Below are positions 1 to 13,378 of a DNA stretch of 54,994 nt, one piece after another. The notes under the pieces were generated by a model. The model was given only the letters and a program-made list of their open reading frames with translations. It had not been told where the DNA came from and did not search any database. This DNA is from Methanothermococcus sp. SCGC AD-155-E23 (GTDB taxonomy: Archaea > AGJL01 > Methanococci > Methanococcales > Methanococcaceae). Location of the stretch: the NCBI GenBank assembly GCA_019561615.1, contig JAHEQA010000032.1:1-54994 (forward strand). The letters run 5' to 3'. Both the position numbers and the translations under genes were made by a program. Position 1 is the stretch's first letter. Each line of letters opens with the position of its first letter.

Positions 1-274
1 TTCTAGCTCTTTTTATCCTCTCCATTTCAGGGGATACCATGACCTCACCACTTCTCTTTTATCCTGCACCACAGGCATCTATACTGGTATCGATATCCTT
101 TATCTCTTCCCTCTCAAGGATATCCTCTATCTTCACCTAGTTCTAGCTCTTTTTATCCTCTCCATTTCAGGGGATACCATGACCTCACCACTTCTCTTTT
201 ATCCTGCACCACAGGCATCTATACTGGTATCGATATCCTTTATCTCTTCCCTCTCAAGGATATCCTCTATCTTC

Positions 275-280
<6 letters not shown>
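1..280. repeat. Two identical 140-bp tandem units; 134 bp of each is the exact reverse complement of 4181-4314. Probable chimeric contig-end artefact
   Basis: 1-140 equals 141-280. The reverse complement of 1-134 matches 4181-4314. Unit 2 runs directly into 23S rRNA sequence via acctag. Confidence 0.95.
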
Positions 281-2022
<1,742 letters not shown>

Positions 2023-2130
2023 TACTGGAGTACCTGGATATCACCAGGTACAGGGGCTTATGGGGCCCTCATCTTCCCTCGGGCTTCCGGTCCATGACCC
2101 TCCTGGATCATGGACCGAAAAAAAATAAGG

Positions 2131-2204
<74 letters not shown>

Positions 2205-2208
2205 TCTG

Positions 2209-2247
2209 TGTAAGCCTGCAACCATTTAGTGCCTGATAACGGCCGGT
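2209..2247 (-). other. 3' arm of the 16S processing stem (bulge-helix-bulge), pairing with 3782-3820
   Basis: tgtaagcctgcaacca (2209-2224) and taacggccggt (2237-2247) are complementary to tggttgcaggcttaca (3805-3820) and accggccgtta (3782-3792), with a bulged centre. Confidence 0.8.
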
Positions 2248-2268
2248 TTTAAAGGGGATTTAGATTAC

Positions 2269-3762
<1,494 letters not shown>

Positions 3763-3858
3763 TAAAGGGTTTTACGGTCGCACCGGCCGTTACCAGGTGT
3801 CACTTGGTTGCAGGCTTACATCCAACCTAAGTGTTTCCACTTAGGCTATCACCCCGTT

Positions 3859-3897
3859 GCATAGTTTAGTGACGAATAGTATATAGTATAGTTTTTA
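3859..3897 (-). promoter_or_regulatory. Putative rRNA operon promoter
   Basis: Minus strand reads AAAAAC-TATAC-TATATA, about 23 nt upstream of ATGC (methanococcal initiator). A leader hairpin cctaagtg/cacttagg follows at 3826-3845. Confidence 0.5.
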
Positions 3898-3977
3898 GCC
3901 TAGCAATAATACAGTATGTGGATATTTTAAACCTTTAAATATCACCATGAGAGAGTTATCTTAAAAAAGGTGAAAGT

Positions 3978-4256
3978 ATGGTTGTGGCACTGGATGTTAG
4001 AGGTAGGGAGATATCCCCTGGCTCCTATGTTAGGTATATAAATACAGGTACCCTGGGCACTGTAATGGATATCCTGGAAAGGGAGGGAGAGATCTGGGTA
4101 CTTCTAGACAACAACCTTATGTATAGACCTGAGAAGTTGGAGGTTATTGAACATAAGAAGAAGGATAGGGAGATTAAGGAGAAGATAGAGGATATCCTTG
4201 AGAGGGAAGAGATAAAGGATATCGATACCAGTATAGATGCCTGTGGTGCAGGATAA
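3978..4256 (+). CDS. DUF2098-family small methanogen protein
   Basis: 92 aa; VRYINTGTLG and C-terminal CGAG motifs; GGTGA RBS. Confidence 0.75.
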   Translation: MVVALDVRGREISPGSYVRYINTGTLGTVMDILEREGEIWVLLDNNLMYRPEKLEVIEHKKKDREIKEKIEDILEREEIKDIDTSIDACGAG

Positions 4257-4274
4257 AAGAGAAGTGGTGAGGTC

Positions 4275-5351
4275 ATGGTATCCCCTGAAATGGAGAGGAT
4301 AAAAAGAGCTAGAAGGATAATACTGGATATCATAGAGAAGAGGGGTAGGGATCACCTCTACGATCTAACAGGTATGGGTGGAGGATTTAATTTAAAAAAA
4401 AGTGACATGGATATCCTGGATACCTATATTGGACCTGCCATCTTCTCAGAGAGGTTAAATAATGTAGGACTTCAACACCTGGGAGGAGATCCAGATATCC
4501 ACAGGGCAGTGGGTTTTAACAGGACAACCTCTGCAATACTCTCCACCTTGATGGCACTGTCTAAAGATATAGAGGAGGTTGTACATTACCTACCTAGAAG
4601 ACCCTCCCACCCCTCTATCCCTAGAGGTTGTAAGTTACTAGATCTACCCTACTTTGAAAGTGATGAGATAGAGGAGGTAGTGAAAAGAATAGATGAAAAT
4701 ACCTTAACTGTTGTTACTGGGGCGACGATGGATCACAGGGTAGTAGATCTAGAACACCTGAGGGAAATCCTCTCGAGATGTAGGGAGAGAAATAGTATAT
4801 CCTTTGTTGACGACGCCTCGGGGGCAAGGTTGAGACTAATCTACAACCAGCCTCCAGCCCTGAAGTTAGGTGCCAACTTGGTAGTAACAAGTACAGACAA
4901 GTTGATGGATGGACCAAGGGCAGGTATACTAGCTGGAGATAGGGATCTAGTAGATACTATCTACGAGGAGGGTTTAAAGTATGGGTTGGAGGCCCAGGCT
5001 CCAATGTTGGCAGGTATGGTAAATGCACTGGAGAACTTCAGTCTTCAAAAGTTAAGGGAGGCATTTGAGAGGGCTAGGAGGATAGATCTAACACCCTTAA
5101 TCTCCCTAGGTATAGAGGTGGAGAGGAGGCCTACAGGTTTTGCCCTTACCTCACTTTCAGAGGAGGAATCTGTAGAGTTGGCATTGAAGCTCCTGGAGAG
5201 ATACGGTATAATAACCATCCCTGCAGTGGGAATGCCTGGAGCCAGTAAGATCCTTAGGATAGATCTCTGCTCCAAGGATGCCTACAGAATATCTGACCAC
5301 TATATCATCAACGCCCTGGTAGAATCCTATAAAGAGTTAAAATCCCAATAA
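4275..5351 (+). CDS. PLP-dependent enzyme, MJ0158/TIGR03576 family (SelA-like)
   Basis: YDLTGMGGG, FNRTTSA, VDDASGAR and STDKLMDGPRAG (PLP lysine) motifs. Confidence 0.85.
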   Translation: MVSPEMERIKRARRIILDIIEKRGRDHLYDLTGMGGGFNLKKSDMDILDTYIGPAIFSERLNNVGLQHLGGDPDIHRAVGFNRTTSAILSTLMALSKDIEEVVHYLPRRPSHPSIPRGCKLLDLPYFESDEIEEVVKRIDENTLTVVTGATMDHRVVDLEHLREILSRCRERNSISFVDDASGARLRLIYNQPPALKLGANLVVTSTDKLMDGPRAGILAGDRDLVDTIYEEGLKYGLEAQAPMLAGMVNALENFSLQKLREAFERARRIDLTPLISLGIEVERRPTGFALTSLSEEESVELALKLLERYGIITIPAVGMPGASKILRIDLCSKDAYRISDHYIINALVESYKELKSQ

Positions 5352-6791
5352 CTTTTTCTTAACATTCTCAATCTTCTCTATTTTATTATCAATCTCTTTT
5401 TCATAATCCTCTATTCTCCTGCGGTAGGATCCTATAGCCCTCCTTACCTCCTCAGGGGCTGGCCCTCCTATAACCTTTCTTACCCTAACATTCTCCATGG
5501 GATCTAGGGCCCTCTCTATCTTCTCCCTCTCCAAGGTCAAGTTGTATCTCCTAAGTACCTCCTCCATTACATCAACTAGATCCCTCCCCTCCTCTATAGC
5601 CCTTCTAACAGCCTCTCCCACTATACCATGGGCACTTCTAAAGGATATGTTACACTCCCTTACAAGGGTATCTGCCAACTCCGTTGCTGTGGAGTAATTA
5701 CCCTCTGCCAACTCCCTCATCCTCTCCCTGTTTACCTTCAAGGTCTTTAACATCCCCTCTACCATCTCCAAGGTATCAAGGATGATATAGACACTACTCC
5801 AGAGGAGGGGGGTTACCTCCTGTAGATCCCTGTTGTAGGTATTTGGTAGTGCCTTCAGGATGGTAAGTGCAGAGACCAGGTTTCCATTTAAGGTGGAGAG
5901 TTTTGCCCTGGCGATCTCTGCAACATCTGGGTTCTTCTTCTGGGGCATGATGGAGGAGGTGGAGGTGTAGGTATCTGACAACTCTATAACTCCAAACTCG
6001 TAGGTGGAGAAGAGTATCAACTCCTCACATATCTTGGAGAGGTTTGTACCAAGGATGGAGAGGTGTGCCATGGTCTCCAGGATGAAATCCCTTGTGGATA
6101 CACCGTCCATGGAGTTCTCAATGAGGCCCTCAAATCCCAGTAACTCCATGGTCCTTCTCCTGTCGATGTTGAAACCTGTTGTAGCCATGGCTCCACATCC
6201 CAGAGGTGAGATATTTATCCTCCTGTATCCATCTAGTAGTCGCTGGATATCCCTCTCCAACATGGAGAGGTAACTTAAGAGGTGGTGTCCGTAGGTTGTG
6301 GGCTGGGCATGTTGTAGATGGGTGTATCCCACGAAGAGGGTCTCCAGGTGCTCCTCTGCCAGGGAGATTAGGGTCTTCTCCAGGTTTATCAACTTCTTCA
6401 GTATAAGTAGTACCTTCTCCCTCAGTGCCAGCCTAATATCTGTGGCAACCTGGTCGTTTCTACTTCTACCTGTGTGCATCTTCCCGGCAACATCCTCCCC
6501 AAGTCTCCTTATTAGTTCATTCTCGATTACCATGTGGATGTCCTCTAGGGAGGGATCGAGATCTAGAGCCTCCATCCCCTCCTCCAGTATCTTTACAAGT
6601 TCCTCTATGATTCTTCTACCCTCCTCTTCTGGGATGATGCCCCTCTCCATCAACATCCTTGTATGGGCGATGTTACAGAGGATGTCACTTTCAAATATCT
6701 CCTTATCAAAGGGTAAACTTGTGGTGTACTCCAACACCTTCCTCTCTGGGTTCTGGGAGAGGCGCCCTCTCCTTAAGATATTCTCACCCAA
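5337..6791 (-). CDS. argH: Argininosuccinate lyase
   Basis: HTGRSRNDQVATD, GYTHLQHAQP and SSIMPQKKNPD signatures; TTG start after a GGTGA RBS. Confidence 0.97.
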   Translation of the reverse strand: MGENILRRGRLSQNPERKVLEYTTSLPFDKEIFESDILCNIAHTRMLMERGIIPEEEGRRIIEELVKILEEGMEALDLDPSLEDIHMVIENELIRRLGEDVAGKMHTGRSRNDQVATDIRLALREKVLLILKKLINLEKTLISLAEEHLETLFVGYTHLQHAQPTTYGHHLLSYLSMLERDIQRLLDGYRRINISPLGCGAMATTGFNIDRRRTMELLGFEGLIENSMDGVSTRDFILETMAHLSILGTNLSKICEELILFSTYEFGVIELSDTYTSTSSIMPQKKNPDVAEIARAKLSTLNGNLVSALTILKALPNTYNRDLQEVTPLLWSSVYIILDTLEMVEGMLKTLKVNRERMRELAEGNYSTATELADTLVRECNISFRSAHGIVGEAVRRAIEEGRDLVDVMEEVLRRYNLTLEREKIERALDPMENVRVRKVIGGPAPEEVRRAIGSYRRRIEDYEKEIDNKIEKIENVKKKLLGF

Positions 6792-6868
6792 GGTATCACC
6801 TATCAAAATTTTTTATATGATAAGGGGGTTATACTCTATACTTTAAAATTAATAATTGGTGTTAAAGT

Positions 6869-8290
6869 ATGGAGAGCTCCATGGAGTTTCAACTGAGGAG
6901 GGCTAGGAAGAGGTTGATTGAGAAGAGGGAGGGAAGCATACTGGTATGTACCCATGTGGATACAGACGGTATTACATCTAGGGTTATCCTGGAGGAGTTA
7001 TTTAGGAGGTTGGGGATAGAGGGGGAGTTTAGATTTTTAAAACAGCTTAACATGGAGACCTTGGAGGAGATCTCCTTCAAGGACTATAACTTGGTGATCT
7101 TTGCAGACCTTGGTAGTGGGCAGATGGACCTTATAAAGGAGAGGATAGAGGAGTGCAACCTAGAGGGTAGTAGGGATCACAGTGTGATTGTGTTAGATCA
7201 TCACCTACCTGCTCCCTGCAAGGTTCCTGAGAATGTGATACATGTAAACCCCTGGAATGACAATCTAGACGGTGGAAGGGAGATCTGCGGGGCTGGTGTG
7301 GCCTATAAATTCGCCAAGTTGTGCAACCCCAGTAGTACAGATCTGGCAAAGTACGCTATACTGGGTGCAGTGGGGGATATTCAAAATCTAGAGGGGAGTT
7401 TTAGAGGGATGAACAGGGAGATACTGGAAGATGCCAAGGTTAGGGGGGATGTTGTAGAGTTTCCAGACCTTCAATTCTACGGCAAACACACCAGACCCAT
7501 CTTTGTATCCATGAGGTACTTTACAGATGTTAGGACAGATCTGATGAACAACGATTCAAGGATACTGAACTTTATCAAGATGGTGAATAAAAAGTACAAC
7601 TTGGAGATAGATCCTAGGGAGCCTATATGTAACCTGTCTCAGGAGGAGAAAAGTGCCCTTGGAAGTGAATTTCTAAGTAGGTGTAACAGGTACGTCCCCC
7701 TCTCCTGGATAAAGTACCTTCCAAAGGTGATCTTTGGGATGAGTTATGAGCTCAGGGGGGAGATGGTGATGACACCCCTGAGAAACCTTGAGGAGTTCTC
7801 CACATGTATAAACGCCTGCTCAAGATATGGAGACTATAAAACCCCCCTGGAGGTACTAAGGGGGGACAGGGGGAAGTACTATAGAAGGATGCTCCACATG
7901 CTAAATAAACATAGGAAAAACCTCTTCAAGGCCCTGAAGTACATAAGGGATAAGGTGGAGATTGTACAGAAGGAGAAGTTCCAGTACTTTGAGATAGGGA
8001 GAGGTAAGGTGGAGGAGGGTATAGTTGGTATCGTAGCTGGGATGAGTTACTCCATAGAGGAGGTGGATTGGAAGAAACCTGTATTTGCACTAAAGGAGAG
8101 GGATGATGGGTACAAGGTATCTGCAAGGTGTCCAAAACTACTTACCTTCGCCCAGGACATCAACCTTGCAGATGTTGTAAGTTACGCCTCCAGGAAGGTG
8201 GGAGGCGTTGGAGGGGGTCATAAATTCGCCTGTGGTGCCTACATCCCCTCCAAGGAGGACTTTATTGAGTATATTGAGAGTAGACTTTAA
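6869..8290 (+). CDS. RecJ/Cdc45-like DHH-family phosphoesterase (exonuclease)
   Basis: HVDTDG, ADLGSG, LDHH, GAVGD motifs and DHHA1 GGGHKFACGA. Confidence 0.88.
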   Translation: MESSMEFQLRRARKRLIEKREGSILVCTHVDTDGITSRVILEELFRRLGIEGEFRFLKQLNMETLEEISFKDYNLVIFADLGSGQMDLIKERIEECNLEGSRDHSVIVLDHHLPAPCKVPENVIHVNPWNDNLDGGREICGAGVAYKFAKLCNPSSTDLAKYAILGAVGDIQNLEGSFRGMNREILEDAKVRGDVVEFPDLQFYGKHTRPIFVSMRYFTDVRTDLMNNDSRILNFIKMVNKKYNLEIDPREPICNLSQEEKSALGSEFLSRCNRYVPLSWIKYLPKVIFGMSYELRGEMVMTPLRNLEEFSTCINACSRYGDYKTPLEVLRGDRGKYYRRMLHMLNKHRKNLFKALKYIRDKVEIVQKEKFQYFEIGRGKVEEGIVGIVAGMSYSIEEVDWKKPVFALKERDDGYKVSARCPKLLTFAQDINLADVVSYASRKVGGVGGGHKFACGAYIPSKEDFIEYIESRL

Positions 8291-8928
8291 TCCTGTCTCC
8301 TGGCAAACTTTGCAACCCTCCTGGCGATAACAACCTCCCCTATCTTAATCAAACCTGCAAAGAACTTCTCCAAACCACCACATGCCCAGAGGGCCTGGCC
8401 AAAGGTGGTATTCCTTATTCTCCTCTCGTACTCCTCAGGTGTTATATCCTCTCCAGTGGTATTTTTCGTTACCACTGCTGCAGCCTCCATAAGTTCCTCC
8501 CAGGTTATACCTTTCAACTCCCTCTCAAGGATCTTGAACAGTTTATACACTGGGATGTCGTACAACTTTGCAAGGGTCTTTATTACATCGCAGCACCTTA
8601 CAACCCCTACTACCTTGTCCTCCTCGTTTAACACGGGAATACTTACCACCTTGTATTTTACAAACTTCATAACAGCCTCCCTTGCAGGATCCCTCTCCCT
8701 AACTGTTACCACCTTCTCGTAGGGATACATAACCTCTGTAACAGGGATGGATCTATCCTCCACCACTGCAAGATCCACTGAGAGTACCAACCCCAGTAGT
8801 CTATCCTCCTCGTCTAAGACTGGTGCACTGAACCTCTTCTTCTTATGCATAAGTTGAATAGCCTCCTTAACGGAGTGATCCCTATACAACTTTAGAAAGT
8901 TGGTATCCATCAACTCCCTTACCTTCAT
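8287..8928 (-). CDS. CBS-domain protein with helical C-terminal extension
   Basis: Tandem CBS repeats (MKVRELMD..APVLDEEDRLLG; IPVLNEEDKVVGVV). Confidence 0.85.
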   Translation of the reverse strand: MKVRELMDTNFLKLYRDHSVKEAIQLMHKKKRFSAPVLDEEDRLLGLVLSVDLAVVEDRSIPVTEVMYPYEKVVTVRERDPAREAVMKFVKYKVVSIPVLNEEDKVVGVVRCCDVIKTLAKLYDIPVYKLFKILERELKGITWEELMEAAAVVTKNTTGEDITPEEYERRIRNTTFGQALWACGGLEKFFAGLIKIGEVVIARRVAKFARRQD

Positions 8929-9690
8929 CTATTTTACACCTTCTACCTTTTTAATCTCAATTGCATGTACTGGGCATACACTTTCACACCTTCCACAGAA
9001 GATACAGGATTTAACATCTATCTCTATCCCTTCCTCCACCTCCCTTATTATACCTATGGGACATACAGAGATACACACGAGGCACTTTACACACTTGCTG
9101 TTGTCCACCTTAATCTCCTTGTGGAAGGGTATCTCTCCCATCTCGTTCTCAACGGATATAGCACCCCTTGGACATACCCTCTCACAGGCTCTACATCCAA
9201 GACAACGATCTAAATTCACCTTAATACTCTTCCCCCTCTCAACCTCTATCGCCCCAGTTGGACAGAATCCACTACAGGTACCACACCTTACACACCTATC
9301 TAGGTCTAGGTGGTATCTCCTTAACCTTATAGTTCTATGTTCTACCTCAACCTCCCTTACCCTGTAGATCAGGTTCTCTCCCTCTATCTCCCCAGTGCAC
9401 TCCAGGATATCTATGGCATTTACAGGGCAGGTTCTTGCACATATCTCACACTTTACACATCTATCACTTACTATCTCTGCAGGATTACTTATAGAGGGTT
9501 TTACTATGGCATCTACTGGACACTGGTCATAGCAGAGGGCACACCTTATACATTTCTTTGGAAGGACGTAGATGTACTTCTTGGAGATCCTTACTCCCTC
9601 AAGTATCTTGTAAATCTCCTCCTTATCAAGGGAGAGTTCTTTGGAGATCTTGGATAGAGCGCTCTCTATAGATCTTTTAACAGTGATCAT
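8929..9690 (-). CDS. Polyferredoxin, 6x[4Fe-4S]
   Basis: Six CxxCxxCxxxCP motifs. Confidence 0.92.
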   Translation of the reverse strand: MITVKRSIESALSKISKELSLDKEEIYKILEGVRISKKYIYVLPKKCIRCALCYDQCPVDAIVKPSISNPAEIVSDRCVKCEICARTCPVNAIDILECTGEIEGENLIYRVREVEVEHRTIRLRRYHLDLDRCVRCGTCSGFCPTGAIEVERGKSIKVNLDRCLGCRACERVCPRGAISVENEMGEIPFHKEIKVDNSKCVKCLVCISVCPIGIIREVEEGIEIDVKSCIFCGRCESVCPVHAIEIKKVEGVK

Positions 9691-9742
9691 CCTATAACCA
9701 CTGTATTTTTAAAAACCTCTGTTTTTCTTATTATAAAAATCA

Positions 9743-10408
9743 TTATTCTATCCTGTAGATGTCCACAGGTATGTCCACGTACTTCTTACTGTGGAAGGTG
9801 TATATCCTAGGTATCCTAAATCTAGTCTCAAAGAGATGGGTGATTTTTCTGCCCTTTTCCTGGATGTAATTTATTACAAAGTCCCTAGTTGAAGAGTTGT
9901 GGATGGTGTATACAACGTCTCCTATCTCCAGCGCCTTCTCCAGGAATATCCTATCTGCATGTTTTTTCTGGGAGCCGAAGGGGGGATTCTGTATCACTAC
10001 AACCTTCATCTCATCCTCTAGGTATCTCTCTATAAAACTCCTATCTATATCTTTGACGTCCATCTCTAAAAAGAGTACAGTGTTGAAAACTTCTTCTAGG
10101 TCTACACCTAAGTTTTTTATCACAGGTATTCTCTCCAACTTTTTCAGGTTCTTCCTTGCACACTCTACAGTCTCCCTGTCTATATCTATGCCCAAGACCT
10201 TCCCTGCCCCAAGGAGTTTTGCCCCTATGGCCAACCTTCCAGTTCCACAACCTAGATCTACAACAAAGTTACCCTCTATATCTCCTCTAGCAAAGAGGAG
10301 TAACTCACTGGCAAGCCTTCCCCCTATGGTATACTGCTCCAGGTGAGCTTTTGGATTTGGATGGGGGTCCAGGCTGTCCAGTACTATCTCCAGGTACTTC
10401 TTCTTCAT
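9743..10408 (-). CDS. METTL5-family N6-adenine RNA methyltransferase
   Basis: LEQY, VDLGCGTG (motif I), QNPPFG (motif IV) and the C-terminal FH..K motif. Confidence 0.9.
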   Translation of the reverse strand: MKKKYLEIVLDSLDPHPNPKAHLEQYTIGGRLASELLLFARGDIEGNFVVDLGCGTGRLAIGAKLLGAGKVLGIDIDRETVECARKNLKKLERIPVIKNLGVDLEEVFNTVLFLEMDVKDIDRSFIERYLEDEMKVVVIQNPPFGSQKKHADRIFLEKALEIGDVVYTIHNSSTRDFVINYIQEKGRKITHLFETRFRIPRIYTFHSKKYVDIPVDIYRIE

Positions 10409-10409
10409 G

Positions 10410-11327
10410 TTAGCCCTTACCTACTACGTAGTTGTATATCTCCTCTACACTTTCCCTTATACCGTATCTTTTAAAGTACCTGAGGATATTCTCTATGTCC
10501 CTTTTAAGGTAGTACTCTGTATCCATCTTGAACTCTCCAGGTAGGATGTCTAACACAACCTTGTCCTCCCCCAACTTTATAGCCTGTGGAAAGTCGATTA
10601 TCAGGAAGTCCCCCTCTTCGTTTACCAGTATGTTAAACTCGCTAAGATCTCCATGGATGTATCCAAGGTTGTACATCTTCTTTACCTCCTCTACAATATC
10701 CCAGAAAAACCCCTTGATATCTATGTCTAACTTCCTTAGATCTACTCTCTTCAACTCTATCCCATCCCACTTGCCCATGATAATGGCATGTCTGTTCTGA
10801 GCTATAGGTTCAGGTACCTTTACAAGGGGATAGAGATCATTTAACACCTGGAACTCCCTTTCTGCTGTTAACCTGGAGGCGTAGAGCCAGCTTATATGTC
10901 TCTTATCTGCCAGGTATGGTCTATACCTCTTACCCCTTGTGAAACATGTCCTTCCCAACTTGTGAAACTTTAAAACAGCCTCCCTGTTGTTACTTAGAAG
11001 TACTGTGAATACATCCCCCTCCTTTCCCACACCTAACTTGTTACCTATGGCCTTTATAAGATCCTTCTTTATAAAGGCATTTAACGCCAACCCGTCGTAT
11101 CCCTTATGGGATAACCTGTAGCCGTAGGTACTCCTATTTACAAACTTATGTCTATTAAGTACCTTCAACCTGTAAAGTACCTCGTTACTGTCAAACTTAG
11201 ACCTTCTAACTATCTCCTCTACAGGTACCCACTCATGGTTCCTCATCCCTAACTCAATTGTCCTTAGAACTTTCCAGTCCCTATCTGTCATCTGTTTAAC
11301 AGATTCCACTAAATCCAGTACACTCAC
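10410..11327 (-). CDS. rio2: RIO2 serine/threonine kinase (SSU maturation)
   Basis: N-terminal wHTH, GVGKEGDV, IHGDLSEFNIL, IIDFPQ. Confidence 0.93.
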   Translation of the reverse strand: MSVLDLVESVKQMTDRDWKVLRTIELGMRNHEWVPVEEIVRRSKFDSNEVLYRLKVLNRHKFVNRSTYGYRLSHKGYDGLALNAFIKKDLIKAIGNKLGVGKEGDVFTVLLSNNREAVLKFHKLGRTCFTRGKRYRPYLADKRHISWLYASRLTAEREFQVLNDLYPLVKVPEPIAQNRHAIIMGKWDGIELKRVDLRKLDIDIKGFFWDIVEEVKKMYNLGYIHGDLSEFNILVNEEGDFLIIDFPQAIKLGEDKVVLDILPGEFKMDTEYYLKRDIENILRYFKRYGIRESVEEIYNYVVGKG

Positions 11328-11350
11328 AACTTCATCACCTTTTTTAATTT

Positions 11351-11749
11351 TTAAATCTCACATACCTCTATGGCCTTAAGGGGGCATATCTTAACACAGT
11401 TTTTACACCCTATACACTCCTTATCGTTAAACACTATGGTAAAATCCTCCTCTCTAGATATGGCGTTAACTGGGCAGTGTACTATACATGCTCCACAGTC
11501 TATACATCTCTCCTTGTTCTTCTCTATTGTCTTTGGAATATCCTCGTATTCACCGTACTTCTTTAACAGGTTTAGGGCCTTCTCGATCTGCTCCTTACTT
11601 CCACTTAACTCCAGGATTAGGAAACTCTCCTGGGGTCTCATCTTTGCCACTAGGATATTTATCATAACCTTGGTTTCCAGGATAACCTTTGATATTATAG
11701 GTTTATCCCTGTACTCCTCGTGCACCCAGTAGTATATCCTCTTCTTCAT
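11351..11749 (-). CDS. NIL-domain 2x[4Fe-4S] ferredoxin (MJ0099-type partner of aspartate-semialdehyde sulfurtransferase)
   Basis: INILVA NIL motif plus two CxxCxxCxxxCP; directly downstream of the DUF39-CBS gene. Confidence 0.88.
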   Translation of the reverse strand: MKKRIYYWVHEEYRDKPIISKVILETKVMINILVAKMRPQESFLILELSGSKEQIEKALNLLKKYGEYEDIPKTIEKNKERCIDCGACIVHCPVNAISREEDFTIVFNDKECIGCKNCVKICPLKAIEVCEI

Positions 11750-11761
11750 AAACTTTCACCG

Positions 11762-13306
11762 TTAAAATTTTCTGTATCCTAACAATTTGGAGAGGTCCTC
11801 TGCAGTTACCATTCCAACCACTCTTCCACCACTGTCCACCACTGGCACTCCTGATATATCGTACCTACTCATCTTCCTCGCTACAACATCTATAGGCTCA
11901 TCTAGGGTGGAGCTTATAACCTTTCTAGTCATTATCTCACAGATGGATTTTATATTCTGGGCCACAGCCTTTGCAATATCCCAGGATGTTACTATTCCCA
12001 GTAGCCTCCCCTCCTCATCCACGATAGGTAGGTGATTTATATTCTTCTCTGTGAGTATCCTGGCAGCCTCCTCTATGGATATATTTGGCCTCGCCACAAT
12101 TGGTGGCTTACTTAGTATGTCCCTTACCAACTTGGCCTCTGCCTTCATAGGTTTACAGGAACCTCTTCCTAAGGGGGCAACTGGTTCCGAGAGTGTAAAA
12201 TCGCCGTTAAGTATCCATCTCTTAAGCTCCTCTGCAACCTCCCTAGATTTTTTATAACTTGAAATAGAGGCTGTCTTAACAGTTTTCTCCACCCATCTCT
12301 TTAACTCGTTGTCGTATATCTCAATGGTAACCTCTCCCTTCCTAAGCTCCTTGTAGTTAGTCCTCGCCACAACAGGTCTATCCCTTCTAGGTACTCCAAA
12401 GTCTAGTATAGGTACCTGAATATCCTCATCCCTTACAGCACAGGCCTTTGCAACCTCTTCATTTAGTACTGGGATGGGAACCCCCACACCTACATAGAGG
12501 GTGCATCCGTAGTTGGGCATGGTACCTGCCCTTAGGAACTTGGTACTCATAGTCTTCAAATCTCCCTTGACCATTAAGGTTCCAAAGGCCTTCTCTGGGT
12601 TGTGCTGGGTACCCTCCCCTATAATATACCCTATACCTCCACCTAGGAATATCTTAGTACCTATACCTATGGTGTTGTAGGTTTTCCTCTCCCTGTTGTA
12701 GTCGTTTTGGAGGGGGTTTAACTGCCCTGCTCCCGAGTAGTTTATATTGGAGTACTCTGGAAGTAGTGTACCCATATAGGTGTAGATCTTCTCCTCCCTA
12801 CTGTTGGTAGCTGCTGGGTAGGTTTGATAGGAGTTCCTGGGGTTTACCATTATGGCCTGGTTTAGATCCTCTAGGGTTATAGTTGTAGATACCCGCTTCC
12901 TTGGATAGCAGTCAGTGGTATACCCCTCTGCAACAAGTCTTACCTCCTTCCCTGCTACAAGGTCCTCTATAACATGGGCTCCACCGTAGTTGATGTCTAT
13001 ATCGTCGTCAGAGTTTGGCTGTGCAGCACCTAGATAGGCGTCAACTGCTGCCAGTCCAGAGTAGGCCTCTACCCCATTGAGATAGGTTCTCATCATCTTT
13101 ATTGGAGGGTCTGAATGGCCAAAGTTTAAAAATACCCCACTGGAACACATGGCTCCAAAGGTACCAGTTGTAACAACATCTACCTCCTTTGCAGCACCCT
13201 TGGGTCCCATCTCCTCTACAATCTCTATCATCTCCTCTGCCGTCACTACAACTGCATCCCCTTTTTTTATCTTCTCGTTGATCTCCCTGATAGTTTTCAT
13301 GGCCAT
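11762..13306 (-). CDS. L-aspartate semialdehyde sulfurtransferase (MJ0100-type, DUF39-CBS; homocysteine biosynthesis)
   Basis: [38 protein letters not shown] and a C-terminal CBS pair. Confidence 0.92.
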   Translation of the reverse strand: MAMKTIREINEKIKKGDAVVVTAEEMIEIVEEMGPKGAAKEVDVVTTGTFGAMCSSGVFLNFGHSDPPIKMMRTYLNGVEAYSGLAAVDAYLGAAQPNSDDDIDINYGGAHVIEDLVAGKEVRLVAEGYTTDCYPRKRVSTTITLEDLNQAIMVNPRNSYQTYPAATNSREEKIYTYMGTLLPEYSNINYSGAGQLNPLQNDYNRERKTYNTIGIGTKIFLGGGIGYIIGEGTQHNPEKAFGTLMVKGDLKTMSTKFLRAGTMPNYGCTLYVGVGVPIPVLNEEVAKACAVRDEDIQVPILDFGVPRRDRPVVARTNYKELRKGEVTIEIYDNELKRWVEKTVKTASISSYKKSREVAEELKRWILNGDFTLSEPVAPLGRGSCKPMKAEAKLVRDILSKPPIVARPNISIEEAARILTEKNINHLPIVDEEGRLLGIVTSWDIAKAVAQNIKSICEIMTRKVISSTLDEPIDVVARKMSRYDISGVPVVDSGGRVVGMVTAEDLSKLLGYRKF

Positions 13307-13378
13307 CCCTATGATATATATTTAAGTGCAAAGATAGATAATACCATTTATACTTAATATAAAATTAACGATAAAGGG

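Noticed and set aside
2030-2117. Hairpins between tRNA-Ala and 23S (tacctgg/ccaggta; ggtccatga/tcatggacc)
   Set aside because: Ordinary pre-rRNA spacer and processing structures.
6298-6846. Long Ser/Leu/Ile-rich antisense ORFs (also 8900-9367, 9897-10346, 37769-38200, 44791-45372 and others)
   Set aside because: Shadows of purine-rich, confidently identified genes on the opposite strand.
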